NCBI GenBank assembly: GCA_002633005.1
Contig: NMRA01000052.1
Location: 672,722 to 736,721 of the forward strand
Direction: 5' to 3'
Source: Phoronis australis
Taxonomy: Eukaryota; Animalia; Phoronida
Length of the DNA: 64,000 nucleotides
The first letter of the stretch is position 1, and the number at the start of each line of letters is the position of its first letter. This document shows, piece by piece, positions 49,701 to 62,556 of this stretch. The translations under genes were made by a program, and so were the position numbers. Below the pieces are notes generated by a model. That model was not told the origin of the DNA. It searched no databases and saw only the letters and a program-made list of their open reading frames with translations.

Positions 49701-52700
49701 ACAACCAGCTTTAACAGAGTGCAATTCATTTGATGGCTCATGACTGAATGTGAAAATCGACCACGCTTTGGAATTACAGATTTCACAAATTTTATTATTC
49801 TAGAAACAACTACTATCCTCTACTTGAGTTTTTACTAAGAACTGATGCCACAGGATTAAAAATGAAATAACACTAAAGAATCTTCTTAAGGTTTTAAGAA
49901 ATAGCAGAGCTTGCCACCTGCCAATTTCACTAGAAATCACTAGTCAGAAAGGATTCCACAACATATCCCAGACAAATGAAACCGCCTCATCCCTAACGGC
50001 AGTCAATCTGACAAGTCTACAAACAACAACTGTACATACTTTTCACAAATGTGATGGATGACACCCCAGTATTGTTCGGGCGTGGCGAACCACTCGCAGT
50101 CGCCGGGGCCGATGTTTATGTTAACCGAACAGAAGTTGTGGTTCTCCTGGTGACCGGGCGTACGAGAGCCTGGTACCTTCATGTAGAGCTGCACAGAGTT
50201 CATCCCCAGCACTGTGTAACCCACATGACTCAACATGTTGCACGCCGACACCACCTGTTGGAGACGGACAGAAGCATGTGTAAGGGTGAGAGGACATGTG
50301 ACTTTCACAAACCATGACACATCAAGATACCCTCGCAACGTGTCACACACCATTTTTTTGGTTCTTTGGTGATCTGCTCTTCTATCTGCATTCATCTATA
50401 TGCAATTGTTATATAGTATAGTATAGCATGATACAGGGGTATAACCAGACATTTGTTATATAGCATAGTATAGCATAATGTAAGGGTATAACCAGACAAT
50501 TGTTATATAGTATAGTATAGCATAGCATAACACAGGTGTATAACCAGACAATTGTTATATAATATAGTATAGCATTATACAGGGGTATAACCAGTCAACT
50601 TTTGCCATTGCGCATAAAATTCTTGAAGTGAGGCAGTAGCTTGACTGGGGTTCAATTCCCCCACTCGTGTCTATTTCTTTAATTACTCTCTTGTGTTTTC
50701 AAAGAGACTTAAACCGCCTTCAAAAAAAATTCTGATCCTTCCAAAAACTGTGTAAATTTTGAATACAATGTCCAATCACCGATGCTGGATATGCTCTTAA
50801 AATATATAATTCCATATTTTTGGCGACACCATTTCAAATCAACCATTTTAATGCAACGCAAGAAAGTGAAAACTAACCTTGAAAAAAGCCGGCAGTTTGG
50901 TCAGTTCTTGAAGTTGAACTTTCCACTTGGTTTGATCTGACAAGTCCACGTTTGTTCCGAATCGCAGCATCTTTGGTTTCTTTCGACTGAAAACATTCCA
51001 AAATGTGGAAACATAATATTCACCTCACGCAATTCCGCAACACACAATTTAATAGGAACGCCTGAATTAACAAGATCAAAATCACATTTCAAATGTTCAT
51101 GAGCTTAGTAGATTTGACAACATCTTGGAGAAAATGTGGCACTGTGCTGAAGATTTCCAAGAAATATGGCACTTTCGTGGCATGCATTCCTTTCCCGGAA
51201 ATGTTGAAATGTGTGAAAGATAACCTACCCCTTGGGTATGGTATAAATAGAATCAACTTACTCAGAGACTAAAATGTTGTGAGTTCGTGCGTTTCGGACT
51301 ACTCTCTACAATCCTTTGTCAACGACTGATGACGGGATGTCCAGGTTTCCCACCGTTGTGTTCTCCGGAAGTAATATGACATCATAGATGGGCCGAAGCT
51401 ATGACATTATCCTACTTCCGGAGAACAGAAGGGTGGGAACCTGAACATCCCATCATCAGTCGTTGACAAAGGACTGAAGAGAGTAATCAGAAACTCATAT
51501 TTTAGTCTCTGAGTTAGTTGATTCTACATACACCATACATTCACAGAGACTATGAAGAACCTTTTTTCAATCAACCTACCCCTTGGCATGCGTAGTAGAG
51601 CAGTTGGAATCACTGTCTGAATCCTTGTAGATTCCTTTGGCCCTCTCCGATTCTTCCTGTAGAAAGAGGCAATTCACATTAGCCAGCATTGATATGAAAG
51701 CTTTAGGTATAAGCATTCTTTACTACTACTACTGCTTTTTTCACAATAGTTGAGTCCACATGAGAATGTGATATTTGTGATGAGAGGCCAACACACTGGT
51801 TCACAATGTTCAGAATTGAGAGTAATGATCACACTAACAGTTCTTAGGAAAACATTACCGTGAAATTTAGTAAAGCTGGGATAAAAGTGGTTGTCAGCAT
51901 TGCCATATTTCCAATTTCAAAGGAATATTACATCATGGCAGATACGACAGATGCTCGCCCCATTGAATCCTAAACAGAACAATTTTTACCCCTAATCATA
52001 AGAGTGTACCCAAACGCTGGACACAACCACCATTGACTCACCCGTAGAGATTCTTGGAAGGATGATGCCTGGTACTGAGCGTACTTCAAGACGCAGGTGT
52101 ACGAGCGACTGCTCTCGCAGCGCCACACTTTGTTGCCCAGCTGATCCACATTCTCATCCGGATCCTGCTTGATCTGGGAACGCACCTCAATCTGATGATC
52201 AGGATTGGCTTCCACCAAGGATTTTGTAGAGAACAAGCCTAGGTCTGCAATACACAACGGTTTTATTTTTACAAAGTGTACCTCAGCAAGAGCAATCCAC
52301 ACACCAGGGCTGCATTCTGTATACCAAACATACTCACAAAGCAGTCGTGCCGAGGAATCTTCAAATATGAAGTTTTATCCCACAATACAAAATTGCAACC
52401 AGTCACTTCATGGCTGACATTTTGCTAGGGTATGCTAATAAAATTCCTGAGACTACTACCAAAACACTCGCCTTTCACTGACACGTAATTTCGTGAGGTC
52501 TTGCAGGATCATTCTTTTTGTGAATCTTAAATCTACAAAACGCATTGTTCCAGACCAAGTGGAAATCAGACAAACATCTGCGTTCAAATTTATTTTTGTC
52601 CCAACAAACGCTTAAAAGCTGATCTCCAGAATTAACAATCTTTTAGCAGGACCTGCAGCATTTTTATTTACTATTACTGTAAGCACTAAACCTAAGTTTT

Positions 52701-55700
52701 ATTAATCCTAACAACGACCAACAGTATTTTCCTTGAACACAAACGTCAACAATTAAGTACATTAATTTTCACAGTAACTATTACAAAAGCTGACAGAACA
52801 CAAACCGAGTTTGAGCGCTCCAGCAAGTCCACGTATGACCGTGACTGGCTGTGAGAGGCAGTACTGAAGCAATTCTTGAGAGAAGGCGTCTTTCTTGCTT
52901 TCAAGCTGAAAAATACAATTAAGCAGAATATAATAAAAAATCTCACAGCTTAATTTAAAGTTCAACTTCTTTTGAACATGATTTTGGATCAAAAATTCAA
53001 AAAATAAATAAATACAAAATGACTGTTTCAGCTTAAATGTAAACTAATCTTTAATTAAAAGTTCCCCAGTTCCTCATACAATAAGATATTAACGTATTTC
53101 ATTTAACGAAAAAACGTTATATAGACATGGTCTTGTTGGTTCACAAATTAATACATATCGAATGTTGCGAGTCAAACAACAGTTGTGCACACCGGTTGTG
53201 GTGCGTGGTAAAAGTTAACCTATTTTCACACGGTTAAATTTCACTGCAGTCTGTGATGGGCATTTTGCCAACAGTCCGTAACATGAGCAGCGCAATCAGC
53301 CTACGTGACTTGTGAGCGGTTGCTTGCATTGAATTACCACATCTTAAGATGAGTTACACATTTATAACATTTTTCTGACGTAGACGAGCAGAGAACTCAC
53401 GTAGACACTAGGTGTAGGCGGATTCAGTTTATCCTTTGGCAGTGGGGGTTGGGGAGGAGGCGGAGGAACTGGAATAGCATCCCCCTCCAGCAGACTGGGA
53501 CTGTGGACTCCGTGTTTACCTGTGATTAAATAAGAAATCATCATGGTAACAAGAGAAACTGGGTCTCCTTGATAAAGGAAAACGAATGGAATTCACAGAT
53601 GCTGACTTCATTCACATAACTTGCATATTTCAGTAGCAAATACCATAATGAAAATTAATGTGGTTTTCAATTTCCAGAAATTACGAATATTACGTTCTTT
53701 CAAATTTGACAATTCTGGTCACAAACTAATCGACCATTGTTTTGTAACAGACCTGCTCAAGAAGTTATTCATTCTTTCACAGAAATGGCAATTCCATAAT
53801 GCATTTATGTCAAATGGAGGGAAGAAATTGTGAATCAATTACAGTGCATATTCAAGTGGTTCTTTACGGAATGTTCTAAACAGCAACGAATGACTAAATG
53901 GTTTTTTCTAGCCTTCCCAAAACACATTTCAGGTTTTTGCGACAAGTTCTCTAGTTCTGGCTGAAGGTTTCGTGTTGGCCGTGCAGTTTTAACTAAGATT
54001 ACCACCTACCTTTGCCCTTGCACGCTGCAATCACTTGAGCACCAGTCATGTCAATGGTACAGTCGTCACCTGACATTTTGGGTGAGGATGTCTTACTTCC
54101 TGCAGACGCCATATTTAATTCACTGAGAATGTCTTTCTCGCTCGATTTATTTCCAATATTAGCTGACGAGGCCATGTTAGGGTTGGTTGCATCTGGCTTC
54201 ATTAACGACTTGAGCGCATCCGTCTCCGAGGTGGACGGGGGTGTGGGGTCATGACCTTCGACCTTACCTTGCGTGAAGTGAGCAAGGAGGTCTTCAGCAA
54301 GGGAGGTAGCAATGTCCTTCTGCGACAGCAATGCAGTCAGCTCTTGGTCACTGATTGAGGTCGGCTGAACACTGAGCAAATCTTTAGGAAGATCCATCTC
54401 CGAGATCGATGTTGTCGCTGCTGGTAATCCCTGATTGCTGGTAGGTGGTGCCGCTGTTTGGGACGGCACGAATGGAATGTTGCGCTGTTGAGGTATGGCC
54501 GCTGCTGCCGAAGTCATTGGCTGGAGGCCAGAAGAGGGAGCCCGTGGTGGCAGAGGTATTGGTCCTGAGCTCATAAATCCATGAGGTCCTGAAAAATAGC
54601 ACCACTCGTCACTCAGTTACACAAACGGTTGTTATATATAAATCGTTTGGTTACTTACACCAAGTTTAAAAGAAGCAGACAAAAATAAACATCTAATCAA
54701 CAACTGTCACGATTATTTCGAAAAATCAACCATAAAATGAATCACTACATATTATAAATAAAAAATCAACTACAAGAGAGCACATTTATCTTAAATAAAA
54801 TGATGCCCTGGCCACACTGACAACAGCCAACACTAGCAAACTTACCATGATTGGAGACCCCTGATGGCTGCACGTTGCCATGGTGATGACCTCCCTGAGT
54901 GGTGCCAGGATATGCTGGCGGTGGGGGGCCCATATTGTGCGGGCCCTGCATTTGTTGTTGCTGCTGGCGCTAAGAGCAGAGAAAAGATTATACGCTAGGC
55001 TAATAGCAACTAAAACATCACCAGAAAAGACTGTGGTATGGTAATGTGACATATCTGTAGATGAAGCAAAAACAAACAAATAAAAAATCGAGCAAACTTT
55101 ACCTGAGAGTACCATCCGTGGCATACGCACACCACACATGGGGTAATGAGTACTGATCAGCATATATAGAAGTTCTGAATATGAGCAACAATTTTTCAAA
55201 AACGTCTCTTTGGCATAAGGAAAACTAGTCGATCCAAACTCCATCACAACCCCCCTTGCCTATTTCACTGACTCCTCCACAGCAAGTGACATCAAAATAA
55301 TCACAATTGGGCAATTCAACCTTCGGATTGAACACCAAGTAACGAACTTGACTTGTACTCTCGATTCAACATGTAAGTTCAACTAACGATTTCTGCATGT
55401 TGCATCTAGCGCGCAGCCTCCTGCGATTAGTCTTTTTGGAGTGGATTTAACCCGATACCCTGCAGAGCAGTGTTACAAATCCAGTTTAATTCACCTCTTT
55501 TGGAAGCTTAAAGAAACTAAAAACCCGCATTCTGTCCATTGATCACATTAAAATTGGTCTAGATTCCTAGAGACCATGCTACGACAAGCCAACTTGTAGA
55601 GCCAGGTCACCACCAATAACGGACTATTAGTTCTTTTGAAGCCCTAAAATTACTTCCAATTTGATTAGATAAACAATTTGAGACCAATTTCTAAGTGTTA

Positions 55701-58700
55701 GTGATTTAAATCAGAAATTCACTTCTGTGATGGAACGTAGCTTTATAGACCCTTGAAGTCCAAAATTCTGGCTTTCACAATGACTGAAACTCCCCAAAAC
55801 AGAATTATAATAACAGTGTGAAAACGGTAAACGTCTTTGACAGTGACCATACAAGACGAGAAACAAGCTTTTGATTTGCTAAATTCCAAAATGAGACACA
55901 AAAATGCTGTGTACCTGCTGTGCCAGATGCTGCTGATGAGCATAATACTGATGCTGCAGCTGCTGTAGCAGCTGGTGCTGCTGCTGATTCAAGTTGGCCT
56001 GGTTCTGCTGCAGGAACCCCAGCATCTGCATCTGCTGGGCATCCAGGCCAAAAGGGGGCGCTTGGGCAGGCGCAGGGTCCGGCGTTGATGACTGCAACAA
56101 TAACCAAACTTAGTGGAAAAGAACTGTGTTGAAAAATGAATGAAAAGGGCTATGAAAGTGATGCAAGACGATGCGACGGGAGATGCGACGGCAGAGAAGC
56201 AGGAATAGAGAGCTGCATAAGATTGAAAGCAGTCACGAATGAAATTTTCAACCCAACTTGAGAACAGGAAATCATAGCAAAAACCTGGGTAGAGTTCAAT
56301 ACTTGTCTTGAGGCCAAAATCACGTGCTCTTATTGAAAATACACAACAACATCTCTCATACTTTCCCGAATGCTTGCTTTTTTTAGCGAGGTTCCAACGT
56401 TGTTGAACTCTACCCTGATATCCCATTTACTAAAGCATTCACTTCCATATAAAACTGATTCAAGTCACCATAATACTTGTATAGGTAAGGTTCCCAACTA
56501 GTCATATAAAATACCTTTTTGCTCTTTGCGCTGCCCTTCCTCCGTTTGCTAGGCGTCGGTCCCTCACTGACAATAGGAGGAGCACCTTGCAGCTGCTGCA
56601 TCTGATGTTGCTGATTCAGCTGTTGCAGCTGCTGTGATGCGATGTTGACACCGGACGAAAACTCCCCTCGAGGCCATCCTCCTGCTGGGGCCGGCCCAAC
56701 CTTCTGGGCTTCTCCGCCAGTCTGTGCAGCAGGCTGGCTCACTGTCTGTGGCGTACCCTGGCGCTGGCTCACCTCGGCAGGTATTGGTAAGCTCCATGCT
56801 TCCTCAATACTAGGAAGAGTCCTTGGTCTGAAAACACAATGTTACAGCCTACAATTTGGATGACAGGACTTTCATATGATTCTTGTGGGAAAATTCAAAG
56901 CCTTGAACATTATGTCAAACAGTAATAATGTGTTTTTGAAATCTTTATTTTGCTAACAATGTACCTTTCTTTTTTCTAAATTTTACTGAAGTCATAAGAT
57001 TGGTAAAGTAAAAAATCAAGATCTACAGGCTTTCTACTTTGATAAAATATATTTACCAATACGAACCCTATAGTTCTGTAGATAAAGTCCAACAGTACCT
57101 TAAAAGAGACATCTCATAGAAATCTACTCTGGGATTCACATCCCTCGTTTTGAAACATCCTTTTTAAAAGACCAACGTCCAACCCCTGTTGTTACTTACA
57201 ACGCCTGAAGCTGCTGCGGAGGGATGTTGTTGAGCTGCTGCTCCAGGAACTTGACACGGGCGTTCAGGTTAGTGTTCATACAGGCCTTGTTCTTGCTGGC
57301 GTTAACGTAGCAGGTCAGTGCGTCCTTCAGCTGGTTGCAGTTCTCGTAAAGAATGCCTAGATCGGTCCAGGCGGCCACGTGAGATCCGTCTAGCTGTACG
57401 GCGCAGATATACGCCTGCAGAGCGTCCATAGGCTGGTTCTGTTGCTGATACAGAACCCTGAAAGACAATGCAGATGACTAAAACTGTGAGTTTTATAAAT
57501 AGGTCTGAAGCGAAGGGGTAACAACATTGACATGGCGCATGTTTAAAATGATATATTAACCACTGTTTGAGCCGATTAACAGATATGACAATATATAAGT
57601 GCTTTCTGACACTTGTCAGCTGCTGAAAGTTAGTTTGAAAACTTTTTATACCACTAAATTGGCAAATGTAACCATTGCTTTGCATGCGTTAATTGAAAAT
57701 TGAACAACAGAAGAAGCAAAAATTGTGCAATAACAGGTGACAAAGCCATTTTTGTGAAACCCCCAATTGTTAATCAAGGGGAACATTTGATATTTTTGCT
57801 TAAATCAAGTTTCTGTTCTGAAAACAGGGAGTACCGACACAAACTTGAACTATAACCATTGGTTTTCTCGCATCATTTTCAAACCAAACAATTACTAATC
57901 AGGACTAAATTACCAAGAACAGCTTACCCTATGGAGCACCAGGTGTCAGCACTGGCTTCTGACTTGTCGATGGAGCGGCGATAAGAGACAAACGCATCGT
58001 GCACCTTACCCACTCCAGAGAAGCAACGTCCAAGCAGGTACCAGCTCTGCCCACTGGCCGGGTCAATCTCGATCGACTTCTGAAGTAGTTGGATTGCCTG
58101 GTTTTCGCGAGTCTGCTTCTTACCCAGCTCCTCAGCAATGTGATACATCCATCCTGGAACAGATTAAAATATTGAAGAAATCACTAGACAGCAACTTCTT
58201 ATTGTTCTTTGCTTCTTATTCAGCTTAATTTTCCTGCCGCTGTGCTTCAGGTTTTGTGAAAAAAATTTCAGACATTTCGCACAGATTTTCAACAATTTTT
58301 CACCACCACTTAGCTGAAACTGGACAACTTGTGTATTACCATACATGCCTGGGTTAATGCTCATGTCCAGATCACACTAACTCCCGATACTTCCTAACAT
58401 TCAATCTTAACGCCCATGCTAAACCACCCACTCCCACTTTATATGATCGTCAAAGGGCCAGTGTCTTCAAATGCCAGTCTCACAAACATTTTAGCTCCAA
58501 GAACGCATGTAACTTACTACAGTTGGGTAACAGAACATTTGGGCGGGAAAATAAAACATTTTATTGAAGCAGACGTGAAATGATTTTTTTGGGTCACATG
58601 CATTACAGTGACCTTACCAGTGTGCAAAAAATAGGGTAAGCATCTCTTTAAGTGAATCAAACTTTCTGGTAAATGCCGATCTCGACTTCTACCAAAAATT

Positions 58701-61700
58701 TTTATGAGCCACTACCCCGATTTTGCAATTTCCCACTCTTTAAGCCACACGACCATGAACCCAAAGGGGTAAAACTCTACCAATTTCAAACCAAATTAAC
58801 TGCCAAAATGCCCTTTTGAATTTACAAGGGTTATTAACATTGCTGCGAATGTCTAGAACTTTATTACAAAGCATGTCTATAGAAAAGCGTTCAAGTTGGT
58901 GCAACACACCATTCATGGAAACAATGATAGAAGGGAATTTCACTTGTCGGCCATATTGTGTCCAAAATTGGTGAGATTCCACCACAGCATAACTACACCA
59001 TGACACGGTAAAAGTACCAACATTGACAGCTGTCTCTCCAATTTTAAAACATGATTTATACCAGAAAAAGTTGACATTTACATAAAATTTGACTTTAAGC
59101 ACCTGCATATTAACAAGACACCATGAAAATGCATTTTTGATGACAAAACATTCTCATTGACTTCAAAATTACAGACATAATCTCCATGTGCACTATTTTG
59201 TTGGACAATCTGCTGCCACTTATATAATAGAAACTACTGAAACTGTATAAATCCAATCAGCTGCACTTGAACACTAAAAATACATACTGTACAGGCATAA
59301 AACAATAGCGTTTAACAATTACATTAATGCTGAGAGTTCATAATCACCCCATTATTATTCCAAGTGTCAGTCCATGAGACTAATCTAGCATGCAAAACTA
59401 TGAAATGGTAAGTTTATCACATTTACAAGCACACAAGTCATACAGGGCTATTTGGGTAGAATATGCAGTGAGTGCCTTACCCTGGGAAACAGACCTAGTG
59501 ACCTAGTTTATGCATGATAGACTTGAGGTCGTGTTAAAATGACCAGGTCAGACAAAATCAATACAAGGATTAACACTCCATCTGGCTGTTATTACTGACA
59601 CACTGCAAATGTGGTAATACAAACATGTGATGAATCAGGGCAACTGTGTCTGATCGATTTTTGAACCCAGAGAGTGCTACGAAAGGGGTAACAAGATATG
59701 GAGAAGGGGGGGGGGGAATAAGTGAGTGGCCACCGAGGTGCACAAACAGATTGTTGGACAATTTCGGTGTCAGATACCTAAAAAAGGAACAGTTTTACGC
59801 ATGCCCATATCTTTTATGGTGCTTTTCATCACGCAAAGTTTGTAAAGAACTTCAAACCTTAATGAAGGGTGCTGCAGAACAACTGAAGTACTCCAAGGTT
59901 TACTTGAAGCTTTTTCATAGAACACCACTCCAGCGTGCCTTCACTGTGTTCAATGACGTAGTGCTCTTTGTTAAGAGCATAAGTTTATAACGTACCCCTC
60001 CACCGACCAACTACATTTCACATGTCTAAGAACATGTTAATGAAAGCGACAAAGGTGCACTGGAGTGTGGTGTTCAATAAAACAGAGTTCGTTAATTTTC
60101 TGTAAACATACTGCTTTCACTGTCCGTGGGTTTTCATGTCTTTCAAACAGTTCTTCTCACCACAAACACAGCAAGCACAATCTTCAAGCCAATAACCATT
60201 GCTACCAAGCAAGCGTAACTGAACGCATGAACTCACACAAAGACTAGCAGAAGGAGGGATTTTATTCATCTTACGAAATTTTCGATATGTATTTCAAAAG
60301 CTATAGCTCAATTTTTATTTTCCACGGGCCTCCTGGGAATTTAAGATATTTTGTCATTTTCCAGGTTCTTCTTGATGAGTAGGGGCGAGAACTTCAACAA
60401 GTGAGTGTGACACAACCAAATGCAATGCTAAGCAATCCCAATATTTCCACATACAAGGACATTGCTAACTGGAATATAAATTTAACGATGAATAACACTG
60501 TGTGTTTAACTATAAACAGAAATTATTAATTGTTGCTTTATTAAATGGCAAATGCCTTTGATACCTCGATGCTGCCTCGAGTACTCAAAATGAAACATAA
60601 GAATGCAAACTATGCAAATTCATCACGTGCTTATGTGTTTTCATTTGGTCATCAAATTTAAATATCGAATCAAAAAGTTGAATTGAAAATTCAATCAAAT
60701 TGAGAGTAAAGTGTATCATTACAGCCCTAGTGGAAACCATGACAACGTGCTGGCTACACTTACCTAGCTGCCTTAGAGTGTTGGCCTTGGTTGATGGTGG
60801 AATGCCTGGCAGGTCTACCAGTAACTCGTAAGTCTCCTTGGCTTGTTTGTACTTGGACTGGACTTCGTGCAGATGGCCGACGTGGAACTGAACTGAAACG
60901 GAACGAGCAGAAACAATGGAAGCATGGTGACAGTTGGGAAGTTCATTATTGCATCAACAAGACGATTTTTATTTATGACAGATAGGGTGAAACTTGCTCA
61001 GTTTTGAACGCTGAAGATTATTTCTTATACTAGACGTAAATGGTTGGGCCACCAGTCGAGCAATTATTAGGAGCACTAGCCAGGTGTCAGCGAGAAAAAC
61101 CACCAAACGCTACTACTAATCCGATAAAAAATCACCCAATCATGCTGGGTATCCGAACAGTACACAATAGACAGGATCAGCCAAGCATCAACTGATACGT
61201 GGCAGAGGCATTAGCTGATTCCTGTCCAAACAGGGAAGACCCTAACAAAAACAGAACCCAAAACAACACAGTAAAGCAGCTACTGCTCTGTAAGCCCTTT
61301 GCTTTTTCTAGAACAAATGCAATAAGTGGCACTCCTGCCAGAATAGGAGATTAAGTGGACATCATCAGCTCCTTCAAGGAACCTGTCACAGCTAAATAAA
61401 CCTCCTGTGACAACAGAAACTCTATTCAAACTCTAGAGGGCGCTCTGTACGCTTGGAAAAATTACAGCAAAATAATGGCAATCAGTTGGCAGTACTATAA
61501 TGCTAATGTTGAACAAGATTTGACCGATTAACCAAGTCCCTGAGAACCAAGGGTTTGTAGTGGAACAGCAACGACATTACCAAAAATGGATACGAATGAA
61601 ACAACAGAGGTACTAGAATTCACAACAAGGACAAAAGAAAAAAATGAGTTCTACAACCAATGTGTGTCCCTCAACCACAACCAGAACAGACTAAAGCACC

Positions 61701-62556
61701 TAATTAACAAGTAGATGACTCTCGCTAGATGGAACAAGTCAGTCAGTCTTTGGTATTGTATCTCAAAGGATAAGGATCCCAAGTTATCGTTTGTCACGAC
61801 TGAACCCCCTCGGCACACAGCTTCCTTTATAAACACTTTCTTTCCAAGCCATTAACCTGACCTGCACTATGCTCTGTCTATGCAAGTGCAAACCAACTCC
61901 AACGCAAGAAAACATGCCTCAATTCCTTGTTTTTGTTGCTGTAAACCAAGTCACATTCAGTAAATATCAACAAAAATCTAAGACTTATGTAAGCGCAACT
62001 GCAATGTTTTTCACACCAATACGGAAGCTGAGGACAGTACACAGACTCAGTTTCAAGGAATCACGTCCCTAGATTGCTTTCCAATCATCTCACCTAGCCA
62101 AAGTCATTAGTATTCAGTGCAAGAAGTTATACAAGAGGTAAAACGCCCAACACTGAACTCGGTACTTACGTAAACCGAGTCACAATTGCACATAAAAATG
62201 CGCAAATGTGAGGATGTTTTCACAACAAAACGTTGTTTAAGGACAGTAAATGATTTAAATTTCACCAGTGCACAGTTTGGATGAACTTTCACGCATGTCA
62301 TCAAAGGGAAACCTTAACAACAGCTCATGAATAATACTACCGCCGTTGTTTAGAGTCAATGATAATTTTGCACTATGCGCTCACCATAGAAGTAACTTAA
62401 CGCATCTATTGAATGAAATTAACTAAAAGAATAAAATAATCAAAATCATGCGAAAATACTCCAGATGAATTTTGAAGAATTTTAAATGTAAGCATACTTA
62501 CTTTCGAATTTGGACAGGGTGGCTGGATTAGAATCACTCAGCGCTAGCTTAAAGTG
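46749..62556 (-). CDS. KDM6A: Lysine-specific demethylase 6A / UTX (TPR - IDR - JmjC - Zn finger); 5' exons lie beyond the window end
   Basis: Exons (-): 62502-62556 ([18 protein letters not shown]), 60764-60892, 57928-58153 (..[21 protein letters not shown]), 57200-57457 ([23 protein letters not shown]), 56515-56827 ([15 protein letters not shown]), 55915-56091, 54846-54969, 54010-54588, 53401-53519 ([14 protein letters not shown]), 52806-52905, 52042-52244, 51580-51656, 50878-50986 (FGTNVDLSD), 50040-50254 ([29 protein letters not shown]), 49399-49543 ([18 protein letters not shown]), 48355-48539 ([12 protein letters not shown]), 47687-47813, 46749-46928 ([18 protein letters not shown]). 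Phases are consistent and the Fe-binding H-x-E...H triad is intact. The exact C-terminus is slightly uncertain. Confidence 0.97.
49220..49369 (-). mobile_element. tRNA-derived SINE-like element in a KDM6A intron
   Basis: On the minus strand it begins GGAGAC.., with an A-box-like TGCCTTAGTGG (49349-49359) and a B-box-like GGCTTCAAACC (49307-49317) at tRNA-like spacing, followed by a non-tRNA body. No complete cloverleaf. Confidence 0.55.
50403..50594 (+). repeat. ~47-bp minisatellite x4
   Basis: Unit CAATTGTTATATAGTATAGTATAGCATGATACAGGGGTATAACCAGA with internal (TATAG)n variation. Confidence 0.9.
51236..51538. mobile_element. ~300-bp palindromic MITE-like element in a KDM6A intron
   Basis: Arms GTATGGT..TAGAATCAACTTACTCAGAGACTAAAAT..TCCTTTGTCAACGACTGATGA..GTTCTCCGGAAGTA are mirrored on the right side around a centre at about 51393. 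Confidence 0.8.
56287..56415. mobile_element. ~130-bp MITE; a related copy lies at 63152-63278
   Basis: 13-bp TIR GGGTAGAGTTCAA/TTGAACTCTACCC. The internal AAAATACACA..CTTGCTTTTT..AGCGAGG is shared with 63152-63278, whose TIR is GTTCAGTAATGCTAGG. Confidence 0.6.

Noticed and set aside
50403-50594. Repeat array as CRISPR-like
   Set aside because: The units are contiguous with no unique spacers, in a eukaryotic intron; it is an ordinary minisatellite.
55103-55152. Possible extra KDM6A cassette exon (AG..CAG|GTAAAG)
   Set aside because: At 50 nt it breaks the phase-0/phase-0 context, and the flanking exons join in frame without it.
55920-56132. Ala-rich plus-strand ORF and similar antisense ORFs over KDM6A, TCTP and SLC25A30 exons
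   Set aside because: These are shadow frames of real exons (for example, CAG runs read as GCT/GCA on the other strand).
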